Counted from the first letter of the stretch, positions 1 to 14,574 are shown. The stretch is 64,000 nucleotides of DNA from Epiperipatus broadwayi (GCA_028023455.1 JAQFVV010000002.1:28892001-28956000), one strand, 5' to 3'. Notes: generated by a model not told the origin, from the sequence alone. Translations and numbers: made by a program.

Positions 1-814
1 CCATTGAATACACGCGAGATATAAAAGTCACAAATAATTGGTTTATAAACATCCAATTTCAATTAGATTTTTATACACATTAAAACTAATAATTTGAAAT
101 ATCCTTCTCATATAGTATAATACAATTCTATTTGTTCAAGCTACAAAAGGACTCCCAGAGCAGAATCTCCTTTGGATATGAGGATTAACAGTGAATAGCA
201 AACACTGCATAGGCAAAAATATCTTCTAAAGGTAGATACAGATTTCAGTACAAAACAATTTTCTGCCTCTTAAATTTCCTTCTTCACTCATGTAAATTAG
301 TGAAGACCTGGCCATTATAGGCATCTCATATAATTGATCATTTCTCTATACAAATTGTGGTATTGAGATTAAGTATATGTGGCAGTTCCATACTTTAATT
401 ACACACATTAATTCCAATTCCCAATGCCCTTCTTATTTTTTGTTTGTTTATGTCAAGTTCCCCTCTTGAATTGAAAAGTGGTGATGAAGACAGTTATCAT
501 AAACTGGCTGTCTTTAGTTATGATCTTTGCTCAAGACAACCACTAATCTGTTGATCTTGGATTTAAGGTTTAGCCAACTCTACTTAGAGATTCCTCTGCA
601 TAATACAGAAATGGGACAGACCTAAAAAAATATTTCTAAAAATGATCTATTCTCCGTAGCTGGACTATCATTCTCCATAGATGGGTTAAGTTGTCATGTC
701 TGGTCATTTACTCCTAAAAATGATAAAAATAGTAGTACTAGCAGTAGAAGTGGAAAAGTAGAACATGTTTTTCATACTATTGATAAACATTATAAGTCTA
801 CCCCCCCCCCCCCA

Positions 815-974
815 ATATAGACATAATGAACATGCTAACACTATATGATATAAATTCTTCATGCTCAGAATGTAGGACAATGCTGTTGACTAAGAAATTA
901 ATAAAAATTAAGATTGATGCAGCTGCACTTAGGAACTCCTAGAATTCAGAAATAGGAAGTTTAATAAAGCTGGT
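815..974 (+). pseudogene. RTE-type LINE endonuclease N-terminus, cut by Gypsy A
   Basis: Translates MNMLTLYDINSSCSECRTMLLTKKLIKIKIDAAALRNS*NSEIGSLIKL, resembling the RTE APE start WNVRTL...ERRTALIARELxRYNIDIAALSETR..EGxL. Continues at 12632. Confidence 0.65.
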
Positions 975-1877
975 TATTATATCTGGGAGTGGTCCCTATG
1001 CTACCAAACACATATAGGCTTATATAAATTTCATCTGGTAACAATAATAATACTGCAGCAACTTTGGATTATTATTTAATAGATTAATAAAACAACCTGA
1101 CCATTATAAGCATTTTAATTACAGATATATACATATTAAGAATTTAATGTAATTAGAAAGGATTTGAACCCAGACTTTCAAGCAGAGTTCAAGTCCCTTC
1201 TAATTACTTTAGGTTCAGATAGACAATATACTTGTAATGAAATATTAACAATTTATATAAAGCATATATATTTACGTACCCAAAGGCATTCTCAAATAAT
1301 AACAGTCACAGTGACCTGTTTAGTCCATAGACTTGCTTTGCTGCATTCTGAGGCCGCTCTGCAATATTAGCTATCAAGAACAACACATGATGACATTCAG
1401 CATCATTGTTGTTGCAAATTCATCTGCATGCTTGTAGCTTCCACAAGCAAATGTTCCTTGGTTCTTTTCTAGACCAATTTTTAGAACTCCTGTTCTAATT
1501 GGTCAGCTCATTTAGATCCTGCTGGCATGGTCTAATGTCATTTATTTGTAGATGCATCCAGTTATTAGTAATTTTCTCTTTTTAATTGTTACTAGTTAAT
1601 TAGATTATCTTCTGATGGAAGTCTGTTATCTCCTTCGCTCTTCACGAATTTAATTAAGATTCTTTTCTGGATTTATGATTCATCTTTTAGTAATATTAAT
1701 TCTTTTATCTATTGCTTCAATCAGTTTCAATTTTAGTTTTTACTTAAATTTAGTACACTTATTTTTGTACTTTTAATGTGTATATATTTTAACGTACATA
1801 AACACGCGCACACACATATATATATTAACACACAATTATTCATAACTGTGTTTTAGTTTACACATATAAATATAACA
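975..1877 (-). repeat. 3' LTR of Gypsy A
   Basis: Direct repeat of 11715-12631 (tatatct.ggag...ggtaacaataataatactgcagcaac...tataaca). Followed on + by the purine-rich PPT-like complement tacatccccaaactt. Confidence 0.8.
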
Positions 1878-2299
1878 TACATCCCCAAACTTAAGATATT
1901 TACATTTTCTCTGATGTCGAAATGAAATCATGAAGATAATACTTTTTTTACTTTTCTTTTAATCAAATCAGCACGTGGATTAACATTTATCTCAGCTCCT
2001 TTTGTGTTAGTCTCTTCTGCTACCCATTCTCCCTTTTCCTCATTAGGCAGGGTCAGCTTGAGTTCTTATTTAAGTTCCTCAGATTAATCTTCCAGATCAC
2101 AATCAGTGACACTAAATAAAAATGGTATTAAATATTCACTCTGATCTTTTTGTAATTGATTAATGTGTTTTTGTAATAGTTTGCCTTCATTTGTACAAAT
2201 CATTACAACTTGTTTCGACATATGTTGTTTTACTATTGCTTTTGTCCATAATATATTTATACTATTTTTCCCATACTCATTCACTTGCTACAATACACA

Positions 2300-4483
2300 T
2301 AGTTGATTTATGTTTAATGCAATCCTTACTAGGTGTTAAGTTAGATAATTTGGTATGCAACATGCAAACTAAATATAATTCTGCAGGTTATTTTCTTGTT
2401 TTAACAGATGGAATCGAGTGCTGATACAAGACTGTGGGTATAAACTGCTTCTTGTATTTTCATTTTTCCCATTTTATTTATTTATACTTTGAAATTTTGG
2501 ATAGCTTTTTCTGCCAAAGTATTAGATTGAAGGTGGTAAGAGGGCGTAAATATGTGTACCCCCCACTACTATGTTCAAACTTGTCTGATGTAAACTGGTT
2601 CTATTATCAGAAAGTAAAGTTTCAGAAAGACTGTGATATGGAAAAATTGCATGTAATTTTCCGTCTGTCTCATTGGAACTAAGGCTCTTAAATAATTTGT
2701 ATTCTGCCAACACTCAGTATGCATTGACCACCACAAAATATAAATGCACCTTAAATGGGCCTGCATAGTCAACATGGATGCATTATCATGGTCATAATGC
2801 TTTTGCCCACACATCAAAATTTTTAGATGGAATACTTGCATGTGATTGACAATTATTGACACTTTTTTTATATAATTCTCAGTATCACTTATGTTTGGCC
2901 ACCACAATATAGCTATGGGGGAAAGCTTTTGCTTTGACTACGCCTGGGTGACCGTCATGCAATGACTGTAGAATTTAAATCTCTATGCTTAACTGGTATT
3001 AGCACATGCTCACCCATCAGAATACACTCTTTGAAAACTGATAATTTATCATGGGCATTCCACAATTCTTTATGGAGAAATTTTGAATGTTTATTAGAAC
3101 ATTATCATTGGATTTGGCTTGTAACCCACTGGTAACTTTCAACTTCCTTTGTCCAAACATCTATTAATTTACTACTAAGTACATGTTATTTTAGCACATA
3201 CATATAATTGATTTCAATTTCTTTTACATCGATCTTAGTCTCATGTGGCATATGGGATAGCAGGTCGCATGTCCAATTTGCTTTCCCTTTTTATATTCTA
3301 ATGTATAATCACAATTAGCAAGTATGTATAGCCATCCCAACATGCGAAGGCTAAGATGCTTGGGAGCTTGTTTGCTTCCAAAAATTCCCGGTAAAGTTTA
3401 TGATCTGTTACAATTGTAAATAGGCATCCATATAAGTATTGGTGAATTTTACAAATTTCAAACAATATGGTGAGAACAGAGAACATCCTTGTTTAGATGA
3501 CTGTAATTCTTTTCAGCTTTAGACAAGATGCACAAAGTATAGGCAATTGGTCATTCACCTGTATGTTCTGGGTGTCATATTATTGCACCAATTTAGATGT
3601 GTCCATTGTAAGCATAATTTTCAAATCACTACTATAATGATCCAAGTAATTTATTCGAAGTGAGTAGTGATTTGGTATGCAAAAATGTTTGCTCTTGCAA
3701 TGATTCCCAGTTCCATTTCTGGTTTCTTTTTAATAAGACATACAAGGGTCTAGGTACATGAGCTTTGCCCTTCAACTCAAAATAATTTACAACACCTAAA
3801 AAAGCTTATAATTGTTTAACATTATTCAGCCTTGGGGTTTCAGCTACAGATTTAACTTTTTCAGGAGGAGACATATCTTTATGTAAAATGTATCCTAAAA
3901 ATTTAATTTTACTCATGTTCCAGATACATTGTTGGGTGATCAATTTTGTTCCAAATTTATCCACTTTTTTGCATGTTATATAGATGACTTCTTGGTTCAT
4001 ATGCCGTTATAGTTGGTAATTAGAATGTCATCAAATAATAGTATAACACCCTCAAATCCATTAAGTAGGGTCTCATTCTTTGACTGAAAAATATTAGGTG
4101 CAGAAATTATTCTAAATGGAAGTCATTTGCATTTAAATAACCCTATATGATCGTTTACTGCTAGTATTTCTGATGCTTTGTTTGTCATTGGTATCTGGTG
4201 GAGTGCCGAGTTAAGATCTAATTTAGCAAAAAAATTAGATTTTTTCAATGACGCAATTATTTCTCTAGAATTAGGGACAGGATACATATGGTTATTCATA
4301 CTTCTGTTTACTGAAACATGGTCATTACCACACAAACAAATTTGACCATTTGGTTTCGTAATTATTACTAACAGCATAGCCCAATCATATTTCTCTGTAG
4401 GTTCTAATATGCCATTCTTAACTAATATGTTAATTTCTTTCTCCGTCTATTCTTTCTGAGCAAATAGGATCTTCCTCAGTTTG
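2300..4483 (-). pseudogene. Gypsy A pol remnant: RT, RNase H, integrase
   Basis: KLRKILFAQKE*TEKEINILVKNGILEP..DWAMLLVIITKPNGQICLC; FAKLDLNSALHQIP; KFLGYIL; YLYGCLFTIVTDHK; LHDGHPGVVKAKA..YMWWPNI; IHVDYAGPF; LLSDN. Many stops and frameshifts. Confidence 0.92.
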
Positions 4484-5156
4484 TGTTATGTTTAGATGAC
4501 CTAAGAGTGGACTCACCAAGAATACAAAGCAGCACCAAATAATTAATATTTAGATAATTTAATGAACGATAATTAATAGCATATTAACTATTTACATATA
4601 TAAAATTATTTTACACTACTAGCCCTAAAGGTGTACAAAATAATAATTTTGATCAATACGACCTGTAAGAGTCCTAGCTGGTTGTTCTCACATTCAGAGG
4701 CCAGCTCTCCACACTTGAAGACCCTGTGCTGTTGGAGCAGTTCTGCCCCAACTTATGTCCATATGCACAAATGAATTTCCAACAATCAAGTGAAGTCTTC
4801 ATGATCCAATTTGTACTGAGGCATTCATTGTTTCATCCCTGAAGATGATTGGCTTGTCCTCCCATCCATCCACTCAGATGATTCTTTGTTTCAATTCTCC
4901 ATACAAGAATTTACATAGTTAACTCTCTCACTTTAATTAATGAGTTGTTTTTTAGTTTATCGTTTGTCTTGTGAAGGAAATCTAAACTTGAATTCCTTTG
5001 TTTATATTTCATTAATGACATATAATTTTTTTTCTAATCTTAAAAGTTAAAACTTTTATTTCCAATTGGTTTTTTAAAAGTCTTCCATTTATTTAAACTT
5101 ATTACTTATTTTCATGTGTAATTTTTATATGTGCATTTAAGCATACATACATATCA
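4484..5156 (-). repeat. 3' LTR of element B
   Basis: Direct repeat of 8793-9527 (ttaatatttagataatttaatgaacgataattaata, ctctccacacttgaag, gcatttaagcata..catatca). Confidence 0.88.
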
Positions 5157-5168
5157 TTACTTCCTCCC
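5157..5168 (-). other. Polypurine tract of element B
   Basis: Minus strand GGGAGGAAGTAA immediately precedes the 3' LTR. Confidence 0.75.
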
Positions 5169-5334
5169 AAGTTCAATGATTAAGTTTTAATCTCTGAACT
5201 TAGTACAAGTTATTAAAATATGTGGGGATTTTTAGCACACTGTTGGGAATTATGTTCTGGTTCTCCTGAAATGTATTTGTTTGTAAATCACAATCATTAT
5301 TTTTATTTTTCCTCATATCTACATTAATACCTGC

Positions 5335-5620
5335 CCCCCTGGCATGACTAAGGGCTAGAGCTTTTACTCTGTCAATGTACCACTAACTATTATTCAGCCA
5401 CTTTACCATATGCTACCTATCCATAATTGGTATCCGCATACAATCACCCTTCATAATGTAGCCTTTGTGAACTGTCACTTGCTTCTGGGTGTTCTATAGT
5501 ATTTTTGTGAAGGAAACGGAGATGTTTTTTGGCCAGCCTTCACTAATCTGCTTCATAATCCATTGGTAGCCATTGCCTTTAGCAGTCCAGTGAGCTACAA
5601 GTTTATGTTTTACTCCTGAT
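5335..5620 (-). pseudogene. Element B fragment of the region just N-terminal to/within the integrase zinc-binding domain
   Basis: VAHWTAKGNGYQWIMKQISEGWP...VTVHKGYIMKGDCMRIP...RVKALALSHA resembles xxTxKDxxLxxVxxxIxxGWP...RMKALARSYVWWP. Confidence 0.55.
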
Positions 5621-5829
5621 TTCAGTACATCTTTGTACTTCATACCTTTATGTTTCTGGTCATCATGGTCTTTCTCTGAACTAATTTTGTTAATTACTGG
5701 CTATTCAAAAGGTTTTTTCTCTATATCTATTTTGCCCAAATTCATCTTAGTTCCCTCAAAAAGTTTTTTTGTCAGGGCTATTAATTTCTTTTTAATTGTT
5801 ATTTTTACTCCCATTTTGCTGAACTAACC

Positions 5830-6035
5830 TCATCCTAATATGGAGTTGATAGGGACATGTACTTCATATAGTAGTAGTACATTAATTTTGCCCTCGCAGT
5901 TTTTGGATAATGGGTCTTGTCCTACTCTTGGAGGTAAAAGTACATCAATCTTGGACTGATATCAATGATAGTCTGCTACCATTGTCGACCTCCATAGGTA
6001 AGGGCTGATCACAGAGATTTCATTTTAACATAATT
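5830..6035 (-). pseudogene. Element B aspartic protease remnant
   Basis: NLCDQPLPMEVDNGSRLSLIS, a retropepsin MEVDTG-type motif. Confidence 0.7.
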
Positions 6036-7886
6036 AAGTTATATATATATATTGTACCTATATTGATATAGGCACATATAATTTTTATCTAAAATTATTA
6101 TTAAAGTAATCTTTCATAAAAGAAAAACATAAAATTAAATGTTGAAGAGTTTATTGCAGCTTGTTTTCGAAAAAGATAAGAATTAAATAGTTTTTTAGCG
6201 TTAGTTTTTGAAATAAAAAAAAGCTACAATTAATTAATCAAAAGGGGGGAGGGGGAGTCTTGGTTTGAAAAATGAAACTAAAGGTTTACAAAAGGAAATA
6301 AATAGTTTTTATTAGTATTCGTAAAAATATAATTTAAAAAGTTAAAACATACAAATCTCTTTTCATTCAAGTTTAATTAAGAAAAAATAATGTTAAAACT
6401 AATATATGTGCGTATATATGTGCGATTGTCAACAATAGAATAAATGTTATTATAAATAAATGAAAGTTAAAGAAGATTATTATTAAAAAACACGGCAATG
6501 GTTATTAATTAAAATATAAAACAACATCTCTGCATGGCTATTACTAATTAAGCAATCTTCCAAACACGTTTATCAAAGGATTAATTGATAAAGAATTTCG
6601 ACAACAGATATTTGCTGGAGGATATTGAAAAGAAAACACTTCATTGGTATAAATACTGAATATTTTATCGGACAAGGAGTTGAGACAATCAGTTCACAAA
6701 GTAATTGCGTAGTGCAGTTCAGAAATTAATTGAGCAGTTAACAAACAAAATGCAGTGTTGAGAAGATCTTGGGAACGCACATTTATCTCCAGCCCAGATG
6801 TCCTAGAAAACAGCAGATCTGCCCGTGAAATAATGTCAGCTTAACATCTTAGAAAATCTCCGTCAGTATCTATTTGTCTCCGATAGTAATAATCGTGAAA
6901 ATCAGGAAACTCAGCAAGGAAATGTCCCAGCCGGCTGGTAAGCATTCATAATGGAAATATCCTCACCAAAAGCAGCCACCAAAGAGAACAAAATTCTACA
7001 TCTACATTCAAAAGCCTAGGTAAAACATTTGCTTATTTCGTTTATACTGTAATAGCCATTGCATTGCATTAATTCGTACGAATCTTTCAAGAGTCTAATT
7101 ATATGAACTCTATATCATACATAAATGAACTATTGATGTGTGTGATTAAATTTCAAATACTATGTAGTCCTTTATTATCATTATTATGTGTGTGCATGAG
7201 TTAATATGTGCATGATCCTTATATCAATATTATTAGTCAAAGTAGATAAATTCCCAGTGTTCTGTTATGAAAATATTCAAGAATATTTAAACTATTTAGA
7301 ATGTTAATTTAAAAATATGCGTGTGTTTTTATTAGAATTATAAAATGTTTAAATTTAGTAAATAAATGTTAGTTAATAAATTATCTTTAAAATTAAACTT
7401 TATTTGTCTGTCAATTCTTTTTATCAATTCTTTTAACAAATTCTTTTATCAATTCTTTTAAGCACTAATTAAGTATAATCTATTAGAGATCACAAACAAC
7501 TGAGCTAGTCGTGGATTTAGGCATTGAGTTAGTGGCCACTGTTCAAAGTGTGTTGTCTATTCTTTTAGTATTCTTTTAGAATAAGCAGCTGGCGCCCATG
7601 TTTATACACAAACAAAAAAAAGTGCTTTGAACTTGGTGTTGAACTCAACAGCCGAGAAGAAGCTATATCCTGGAAATGTAATGCTAGTTATATACTTTAT
7701 AGCTATCGTTTGGGCATACATACTCTCCGAGTATGTTCTTCTCTGCCTAAGAGACTGGTGTTTCGAATGCACATATTCGAAAACGGTTCAATATATATAT
7801 ATATATATTAAGGCTATAACCTTAAGACTGCGCCTAGATGCAACAGTAGGGACCTCTACTATGCACTTTATAAATTATTAATTACA
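6036..7886. mobile_element. 1.85-kb unclassified insertion flanked by a 14-bp direct repeat
   Basis: attttaacataatt at 6022-6035 and 7887-7900. Removal rejoins the gag-protease linker of B. Confidence 0.7.
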
Positions 7887-7889
7887 ATT

Positions 7890-8720
7890 TTAACATAATT
7901 GTGTTGTCATAGGTGGATATGTTTTTAATATTGATATGCTGAATTTCCTGGCCCTGATATATATGTTTACAATTATTAATTTCTTGTTGGGATTGTTAAC
8001 TTTTTGCTTACTTTCCATGTGCCCTCTTTTTTTACAATTAGCTTTTCTTTTTATGAAAACAATTTCTGGCTTTGTGGGTCTTTTCTCCACAGTACTAAAT
8101 ACAAATGGGTTTTCACTGTTAGCACTATTATCAATATTTTTTGACCATTCTTTCATTAGAATTTTACAAATGTCTGTTTGTGATTTGCTATTAATCTTTG
8201 GCAAATTTTTGAGATTGCTGAAGCACAGGTTCAAAAGCTATCCCCCATTTTATAGTCTCCATATAATCTAAATCAATAATGGTCATCAATTGTTTCCATA
8301 AACTATTGTTACACATACAAATCAGTAATAGTAAAGCAGGGTTTCTTTTAGAAATGATCCATAGAGACAATCTTGCTAGATTTTGAAGAGCCCTGTCATA
8401 ATCTTTTATACTTTCATCCCAACCTTGGTTCCACACTCTGAACTGCAGTTTAATGACATGCATAAAGGGTTGGGGATTAAGGTGACTTGAAAAACACTCT
8501 TTAATCTGGTTATATGTAAAATCTTCAGGAGTTAGATGTTCGGTGAGCCAGTCGGCTATCTCAATAAATTCTTTCCCAGCAAAGCATAATAATGAAGCAA
8601 TCTTATACTTCTTATCTTTCACTTTATTAAAGAATAAGTATTCTTCCACATGTTTCATGTACAGGGTTCAATTACTTGCCTCACTGATGTCAAATTCACC
8701 GATTGCTATTTGCATTGCTT
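7890..8720 (-). pseudogene. Element B gag remnant
   Basis: IGEFDISEASN*TLYMKHVEEYLFFNKVKD...HLNPQP...QGWDESIKDYDRALQNLA... (ORF 8191-8658), plus degenerate knuckle NCKKRGH (ORF 7890-8234). Confidence 0.85.
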
Positions 8721-8774
8721 AAGCATCCCTTTATCTAAATTTAACCATTATGTTAGTTAAGGGCCTTGAATCAA

Positions 8775-8790
8775 GGCTGTGACTGTGGCA
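8775..8790 (-). other. Degenerate primer-binding site of element B
   Basis: TGCCACAGTCACAGCC lies 2 nt inside the 5' LTR and resembles a decayed TGGCGCAGTCG-type PBS. Confidence 0.5.
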
Positions 8791-8792
8791 AT

Positions 8793-9527
8793 TACTATGT
8801 CTAGATGGTCTAAGAGTGCTCTCCCCAAGAGTACAAAACACCACTAAACAGTTAATATTTAGATAATTTAATGAACGATAATTAATAACATACCAACTAT
8901 TTCCATATATGCAATTATTTTACATAAACAGCCTGAACGTATACATAAATAATAATATAGATCGATATACAACCTGTAAGAATCCTAGCTAGCTGTTTTC
9001 ATATTTGGAGACGCACTCTCCACACTTGAAGTCCCTGTGCAAAGGAAGATATTCTGCTCCAACTTATGCCCATATGTGCAGGTGAAGCTCCAAGAATCAA
9101 GTGATGTCTTTGTACTAAGGCATTCATTGTTTCAATCCCTGAAGTTTATTGGCTCCTACTCCATCCATCCACTCAGGTGATTCTTCATTTCAATGTTCCA
9201 TACAAAAATGTACATCGTTAGCTCTCTGACATTAATTAGTGAGTTATTTTTTAGTTTATCATTTATCTTTTGAAGGAAATCTAAACTCGAATTCCTTTAA
9301 TTGTTTTTATTTCATTAATGACCTATTCTCCTCTCATTAATTAGACTGTTATTAGATTTAGAAAATAATCTGTTTTCTAATCTTAAAAGTTATAACTTTT
9401 ATTTCCTATTTTAAAAGAATAGGTCTTTTAAAATTCCTTAAGTTTTTTAAACTTATTTGTTATTTTCATTAATAATTTATATCCACTGTATTTATGTATG
9501 TGCATTTAAGCATAAACATACATATCA
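8793..9527 (-). repeat. 5' LTR of element B
   Basis: Direct repeat of 4484-5156; ends catatca next to the TSD. Confidence 0.88.
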
Positions 9528-9799
9528 GTTTGCAAATTATAGATACTGCTTCCAGGGATATCCCTAGCATTGTTTTTCTTTTCTCAGTTTCCCTGTAAAC
9601 AATTTAATAAATTTTTCTCTCATTTCTCTCTCAATGCCTATCTTTTTAATCATTGTAAATTTAACGTCCAATTTTTTAACCAATCACAACCAGTTAGTGG
9701 GTTTATTGAAGCATAAACTATACACAGAAGTATATAAAAAGTTTTACCCTTCATTTTACTGACAGGAGCTTTAATTACCCTTTGATTTTAATTGCATTA

Positions 9800-9965
9800 T
9801 CATTAACATCTAAAGTTTTTAAACAGTTTTCACGATTATCAGCAGCTTTTTACCATTAATAATTATAGAATTCCATTCATGCACTAATACCAAATATACA
9901 CCACTTCCGCTATCAACTTCCATAGATATGGGCTTGCCATACATCTTTAATTGAAATAAAATCCT
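9800..9965 (-). pseudogene. Gypsy A aspartic protease remnant
   Basis: RILFQLKMYGKPISMEVDSGSGVYL. Confidence 0.75.
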
Positions 9966-9989
9966 TGTTTTTTACTTCACCTTTGATTG

Positions 9990-10486
9990 GTAAGTTTTAA
10001 ATTGTGCTTTACACAAAATAGTGAAGCTTATTATTAGAAAAGAATTATACGGCTGAACACTTTCAGAGAACTTAAGTCTCCATATTCATAGCCTACTTTA
10101 AGTGAAGTTTATCAGTAATTTATGCAAAATAATACTGAAAACAAATCAATATTTTTTGAACACCAAAAACAACAGGCCATGTTTGAACCCACTATGGCAA
10201 GAGCACTATGCACTGAATGTAATGATATAAAGCGAATGATTAAGGAGGCATGCTTTATTGCAAATGACAACTGTGCAATGAACAGAAAAGAATCGTGCTT
10301 TGCAATCTCCAGAAAATGATCTTTATGAAAGAAAACTTTGCATAGATTTTGCATAAATTACTGCTAAACTTCGCTTAAAGTAGGCTATGAATATGGAGAC
10401 TTATGTTCTCTGAAAGCGCTCAGCCAAATAATTCTTTTCTAATAATAAGCTTCACTTTTTTGCGTAAAGCGCAATTTAAAACATAC
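9990..10486. mobile_element. MITE-like element with ~140-bp terminal inverted repeats
   Basis: gtgaagcttattattagaaaagaattat...gtctccatattcatagcctactttaag is mirrored at ~10350-10486. Candidate degenerate 11-bp TSD acctttgattg / acctttaactg (Mutator-like length). Confidence 0.8.
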
Positions 10487-10499
10487 ACCTTTAACTGAA

Positions 10500-11640
10500 T
10501 CATAATTTGTCAGAATCAACCTTTTTATGGCTATTGCTGTCCTTATTATGTTTATCTCTTCTTTTACATGTTATTTTCAAATGACTTTATTTGTTACAAC
10601 TGTTGCAATGTTCGTTTTTGTAAAAACAGTCACTGGCATTAAGGCCAGCTTTTCTACAACAAAAATATAAATAGACTTTTATTACAACTAATGTTATTTT
10701 TTAAATTTCTAAATTCCTTTCCCTCCAGTTTAATTGTCATACAAAAGCCTATTTCTATTTTATCTGGGATTTTTACCTCCATGAATTCATTTGATTGTTC
10801 AAGAACCAATTTATGGGCTGTGACACATATTATAGCTTTGCTATATTTAATTTCACTATCAGCTAATGTCTGTTGTCTTGCTATAGCTGCTCATCCCCTA
10901 CATAAATTGCTCAAGGAGTGACTCATCAAAGAATGAGCCATATAAGGAAGTTTTTGCTAGATTCATCATCATCATCATCAACCATTATCAATTCACTGCA
11001 GGATGGTCTCTCCAAGTTTAATCTATCTTCTCTGCTCTTTAGCTTCTCTTCTCCACATCACCCCTGCAAACTTTCTTACTTCATCCAACCATCTCACATG
11101 TGGTCTCTTTTTGGGTCTTTTACAATCTCTTGGAATCCAGTTTAATTCTCCATCTATTATCATCTCTTCTACAAATATGTCCAGTCCAACTCCACTTTAA
11201 TCTTTTAGTTTTTTCAGTGAGATCAGTAACACCTGTTTGTTCTCTTATCCATACATTGTGTTTTCGATCTCTTCTTGTTATGAAGATCTATATCATAATC
11301 TTTAATTTCTGCTTTGACAATGATATCTGAAATGAAGTCTGCTAATATGCCTAGAAGGATGTAGACTAAAATAATTTGCTAAGTGATGTTTTATTTTATT
11401 GAAAGCTAATCCTCATGAGTATCAGGTTCACATACCCCATTCACAATCTATATCACTCCTTTTCTGAAAAAATGCAGCAGTGATGCAACTTTAATTTTTT
11501 CATCTTCTTCACTGCAATTTGAATTTTTTTAATCTTCAACTTTATTTATGAAGAGATATTTCTCTATGTTTTGGATGTAAAGAAGTCAATTACTGACATC
11601 ACTGACATCAAATTCACCAATTGACAATTTAATTTTAGCA
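10500..11640 (-). pseudogene. Gypsy A gag remnant with CCHC knuckle, split by an RTE fragment
   Basis: IGEFDVSDVSN*LLYIQNIEKYLFINKV; EIKDYDIDLHN|LAKTSLYGSFFDESLLEQF; RQQTLADSEIKYSKAI; CNSCNK*SHLKITC. Confidence 0.8.
10963..11277 (-). mobile_element. 5'-truncated RTE-clade LINE 3' end with (GAT)n tail
   Basis: RDRKHNVWIREQTGVTDLTEKTKRLKWSWTGHICRRDDNRW...WIPRDCKRPKKRPHVRWLDEV, followed by a gatgatgat tail. Confidence 0.85.
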
Positions 11641-11692
11641 GATCATTTAATACTTATTATTCTGATGATTTACCCCTTTTTAGCATGTTTCA

Positions 11693-11712
11693 GGTTGCTT
11701 ATGATTGTGCCA
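11693..11712 (-). other. Degenerate primer-binding site of Gypsy A
   Basis: TGGCACAATCATAAGCAACC lies 2 nt inside the 5' LTR. Confidence 0.55.
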
Positions 11713-11714
11713 AT

Positions 11715-12631
11715 TGCTATATCTAGGAGCAATCCCTATGCTATCAAACAGAAATAGGCTTATATAAAATTCACCTGGTAACAATAATAATACTGCAGCA
11801 ACCTAGGATTATGATTTAATAGATTAATAACACAACCATTATAAGCATTTTAATTACAGATATATACATATTAACAATTTATATAAAGCATATACATTTA
11901 CATACCTGAAGGCATTCTCAAATAATAATAATGGTCAGTGTGACTTATTTAATCCATGGATTTGCTTTGCCATATTTGGAGGTAAGCCTCTCTGCAATAT
12001 AAGCTATCAAGGGCAACACTCAATGACATCGAGCATCATTGCTGTTGCCAGTACATCTCCGCCCATGTGGCTTCCACATGCATTGTTCCTTAGTCCTTTT
12101 CTAGACCAGGCTTTAATTATTAATTAATAATTAGAACTCATGTTCTAATTGGTCAGGTCATTTCGCTCCTGCTCACATTGTCTAATGTTATTTATCTGTA
12201 AATGCATCCGGTTACTAGTAATTTCTTCTTTTTTATTGTCACTAATTAATTAGATTATTTTACTGATGGAATTATGTTATCTCTTTTGCTCTTTATGAAT
12301 TTAAGATCGTTTCCTGGATTTACAATTAATCTTTTAATAACTGAAACACAAGCTTATTATATACCTGTGTCTATATGTGTAATATATAGGGTATATGAGC
12401 ACAGACTTTCACACGACCCATCACTCTCCACTCTATCTCATAAAACTGATACACTGGAAGTAATAATTCTTTTATCTATTGCTTTTATAAGTTTTAATTT
12501 TACTTTTTACTTAAATTTAATACACTTATTTTTATTTTTTTACTGTGTATATATTTCAACACACGTGCGTATATATGGTTTTCAGCTTTATATATGTGTA
12601 TTTATTTTAACATAGACATATAAACATAACA
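11715..12631 (-). repeat. 5' LTR of Gypsy A
   Basis: Direct repeat of 975-1877; begins tgctatatc and ends cataaca. Confidence 0.8.
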
Positions 12632-14560
<1,929 letters not shown>

Positions 14561-14574
14561 TTCTATATTATGAA

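Larger units (their letters stand above)
1..2205. repeat. Partial copy (unit 0) of the ~4.5-kb tandem unit
   Basis: Collinear with ~22113-24025 (ccattgaatacacgc..., gtgatgaagacag.tatcataaactggctgtc, LTR-A start, atcatgaagataa...ggattaacattta) and, with a deletion, with 34060-34830 and 44010-44770. Confidence 0.85.
4484..9527 (-). mobile_element. Internally deleted Ty3/Gypsy element B nested in pol of A
   Basis: TG...CA outer termini and perfect 5-bp TSD GTTTG (4479-4483, 9528-9532). LTRs at 4484-5156 and 8793-9527. Removing B rejoins IICKLRKILF of A pol. Confidence 0.93.
975..12631 (-). mobile_element. Decayed Ty3/Gypsy LTR retrotransposon A (outer element) with nested insertions
   Basis: Similar LTRs at 975-1877 and 11715-12631. 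PBS-like sequence inside the right LTR. Minus-strand gag, zinc knuckle, protease, RT, RNase H and integrase remnants lie in Gypsy order. TSD is degenerate (gctgg/gctgt vs cctgt). Confidence 0.9.

Noticed and set aside
7591-7600. tggcgccca as the PBS of a third LTR element
   Set aside because: No paired LTR or downstream gag; kept only as a descriptor of the 1.85-kb insert.
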